Assembly (NCBI RefSeq): GCF_006345805.1
Contig: NW_021828318.1
Span: 1 to 8,853 of the forward strand
DNA: 8,853 nt
From: Octopus sinensis
Taxonomy: Eukaryota
Direction: 5' to 3'
Shown piece by piece: positions 6,589 to 8,853 of the stretch. A program made the translations under genes and the position numbers. Within the stretch, counting starts at the first letter, position 1. Every line of letters starts with the position of its first letter. The notes under the pieces were generated by a model that saw nothing but the letters and a program-made list of their open reading frames with translations, made no database searches and had not been told where the DNA came from.

Positions 6589-7520
6589 AACTGGAAGGCA
6601 CCTGGGCATGACAAGATCCCCAACTTCTGGTTCAAATATCTAATAGGAATGCACAAAAAGCTGGCTGAAAACTTTAACAACATACTAGCAGAGCCAGAGA
6701 CAATGCCTGAATGGCTCACGAAGGGAAAACCATCTTAATTCCCAAATCAAATGAAACACAAAACCAGAAAACTACAGACCAATAACCTGCCTCCCTACTA
6801 TGTTCAAGGCATTTACTGCAGTGATATCGCAAAGGCTGAACAAGCACCTGGACGAAAACAAACTGTTCCCAGAAGAGCAGAAAGGATGCCGCAAGGGCTC
6901 ATATGGCTGTAAAGATCAACTAATGATTAATAAAGCCGTAACTGAAGACAGCCACAGAAAGAAGAAAGGCCTCAGTATGGCCTGGATTGACTACAAAAAG
7001 GCGTTTGATAGCATCCCCCACACATGGATCCTCGAAACACTAGCCATTAACAAAGTAGCACCAACAATCATAAAATTCATAGAGCACACTATGAATAAAT
7101 GGCAAACAGTCCTACACCTCCAAACAAAAGAGGGACTCATGAAAACCAAAGACATCCCCATTAGAAGAGGAATATTCCAGGGAAACACGCTCTCTCCACT
7201 CCTTTTCTGCTTGGCACTGTCACCTCTATCTGATATGCTAAATAGAACTGGATGCGGATATAAATGTTACGGCAAAACGATCAGCCACCTTTTATATATG
7301 GATGACCTAAAACTATACGCTGCAACTGACAAACAGCTGGAAACACTATTAAAGACAGTTCATGGATTTACCAAAGAATAGATATGAAATGTGGATTAGA
7401 AAAATGCGCCAAAGTAACCATGAAAAGAGGAAAACTAGTTAAGAGTAACAACATCACACTAGATAAACCAATGAAATAAAAGAATTAGACCAAAGCCAAA
7501 CTTACAAATACTTAGGAATC
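6589..7520 (+). pseudogene. Reverse transcriptase domain of the R4/Dong element (frameshifted as assembled)
   Basis: NWKAPGHDKI, LIPK, NYRPITCL, EQKGCRKG, WIDYKKAFDSIPH, RGIFQGNTLSPLLF, YMDD (7295-7306), GLEKC, YKYLG. Confidence 0.96.
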
Positions 7521-7994
7521 CATGAACTGGATAAGACAACACACACCAAAATGAAAGAGAAAATAAAAAAAGAATATTATAGACGAGTTAGATCAATACT
7601 AAAAACAGAGCCCAATGCTAAAAACAAGATAATAGGTATCAACACTTTAGCTGTCCCAGTTATAAGTTACAGCTACAATATCCTTAACTGGACACGAAAT
7701 GAACTGTCCAAAATAGACAGGAAAACAAGAAAAATACTGACAGGATCTAGGATGCATCACCCAAAATCTGACATAGAAAGACCTATATATACAACATATA
7801 GAAGGTGGTAGAGGCTTATACAGCTGGAAAACTACTATAAAATAACCACCATAGGATTGCAAAAATACCTACTTCAGAAGGAAGGAAAATTGATCCAGAT
7901 AGCAGCAAAACACGAGCAAAACAAAAAACTGTTATCAGTATTTAAGGAAGCTGACAAATTCAAACAAGAAATCATACCACCTAATAAACACAAA

Positions 7995-8024
7995 GAAGAA
8001 GAAGAAGAAGAAGAAGATGAAGAA
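7995..8024 (+). repeat. (GAA)7 GAT GAA GAA in-frame acidic repeat
   Basis: Encodes EEEEEEEDEE in the RT-to-CCHC linker. Confidence 0.9.
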
Positions 8025-8290
8025 ACAACAAAAGCTATAAAACAAATGAAATCCAAACTAAAAATAGAACAGCAACGAGCCATGATAAAACGATGGCAAG
8101 AAAAGCCCCTTCATGGTAAATACTGCACTAAACTAAACGCAAAAGAAATAGACAAAGAAAAATCCAGCAATGGTTGAGAAGCTCAGGACTCAAAGCAGAA
8201 ACAGAGGGATTTTTAATTGCAGCACAAGACCAAAGCCTCCCCACCAGAAATTACCAAAAACATGTAATGAAAAGAAATATTACAAGTAAC

Positions 8291-8344
8291 TGCAGAATAT
8301 GTGGAGATGGAAAAGAAACAATAAATCATATTATCTCTAGCTGC
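8291..8344 (+). other. CCHC zinc knuckle (C-X2-C-X8-H-X4-C)
   Basis: CRICGDGKETINHIISSC, all four ligands intact. Confidence 0.95.
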
Positions 8345-8496
8345 CCAGTCCTTGCTAAGAAGGAATATATTCACAGACATGACAGCGTTGGAACCTACAT
8401 ACATTGGAAGCTATGCCCACATTATGGAATAACAACAGAAAAAAGATGGTATAGGCACACACCAGAAAAGGTCACAGAAAAGAGAAAGCAACCATA

Positions 8497-8853
8497 CTCT
8501 GGGATATGCCGATACACACAGATAGAGAAATTAAGGCCAACAGACCAGATATAGTTGTCAGAGATCATGAAGAAGAAAAAATGCTTTCTAATTGATGTAT
8601 CAATACGGCAGATGACAACGTGTCTCTAAAAGAAATGGAGAAACTCTCAAAATACAAAGACCTGGAAATAGAGATGACTAGAATGTGGAACCTGAAAACA
8701 GAAACAATTCCTATCATAGTAGGTGCATTAGACATGATAAAAAAATATTCAGACAAATACATAACAAAAACACCAGGACTTACAAACACATATAACATAC
8801 AGAAAATTGCATTACTAGGCACTGCACACATCCTACGCAGAACACTTTCCATA
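8497..8853 (+). pseudogene. Restriction-like endonuclease (RLE) domain
   Basis: WDMPIHTDREIKANRPDIVV (RPD at 8542-8550) ..CFLIDVSI(P)ADDN..KEMEKLSKYKDL..MW..TIPIIVGAL...LGTAHILRRTL. Two compensating 1 bp shifts near 8581 and 8606. Confidence 0.93.

Larger units (their letters stand above)
5605..8853 (+). mobile_element. 5'-truncated R4/Dong-clade non-LTR retrotransposon (single ORF: RT, CCHC, RLE); 3' UTR lies beyond the window
   Basis: Coding similarity starts right after (AAT)n (..NKLANVRRYILK..ISEIEIE) and continues, across ~13 frameshifts, to IQKIALLGTAHILRRTLSI at the window end. The C-terminal CCHC and PD-D-K nuclease, with no APE domain, define the RLE type. The R4/Dong clade call rests on motif recognition. 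Confidence 0.93.

Noticed and set aside
6589-7520. RT as a bacterial retron, group II intron, DGR or CRISPR-associated RT
   Set aside because: The motifs and the downstream CCHC plus RLE are those of a eukaryotic non-LTR retrotransposon, and the context is eukaryotic repeats.
5849-8852. Hydrophobic minus-strand ORFs opposite the R4/Dong element
   Set aside because: They are antisense shadows of an A-rich coding strand and carry no independent motifs.
5605-8853. APE-type LINE (RTE, CR1, L2) assignment
   Set aside because: There is no APE domain before RT, and the nuclease is C-terminal PD-D-K.

Overview
This is AT-rich eukaryotic (metazoan) repetitive DNA. I can support no host gene; almost the whole window is transposon-derived. 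The repeat style recalls coleoid cephalopod (Octopus-like) genomes, which is an unverified impression. From 5' to 3': an (AAT)18 tract; a ~170 bp ORF-less repeat holding a degenerate minimal type I hammerhead ribozyme of the Penelope-like kind; the 3' half of a DD41D (rosa-type) Tc1/mariner ending in a (TG)n(AG)n microsatellite; an old R4/Dong-clade RLE-LINE split in two (1058-1402 and 4621-5292). A deleted Ty3/Gypsy element (gag, protease, integrase, PPT, 3' LTR; 1423-4620) lies between the two halves and is itself interrupted inside integrase by a DD34D mariner with 40 bp TIRs and TA TSDs (2945-3741). Next come an (AAT)26 tract and a 5'-truncated, much better conserved R4/Dong RT-CCHC-RLE element (5605 to the window end). 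That element has ~13 frameshifts but no nonsense substitution I could find. The best leads are the hammerhead-bearing repeat, the three-level nesting with a templated-insertion scar, the head-to-tail R4/Dong elements around (AAT)n, and an orphan ~200 bp insert at the Gypsy 3' end.
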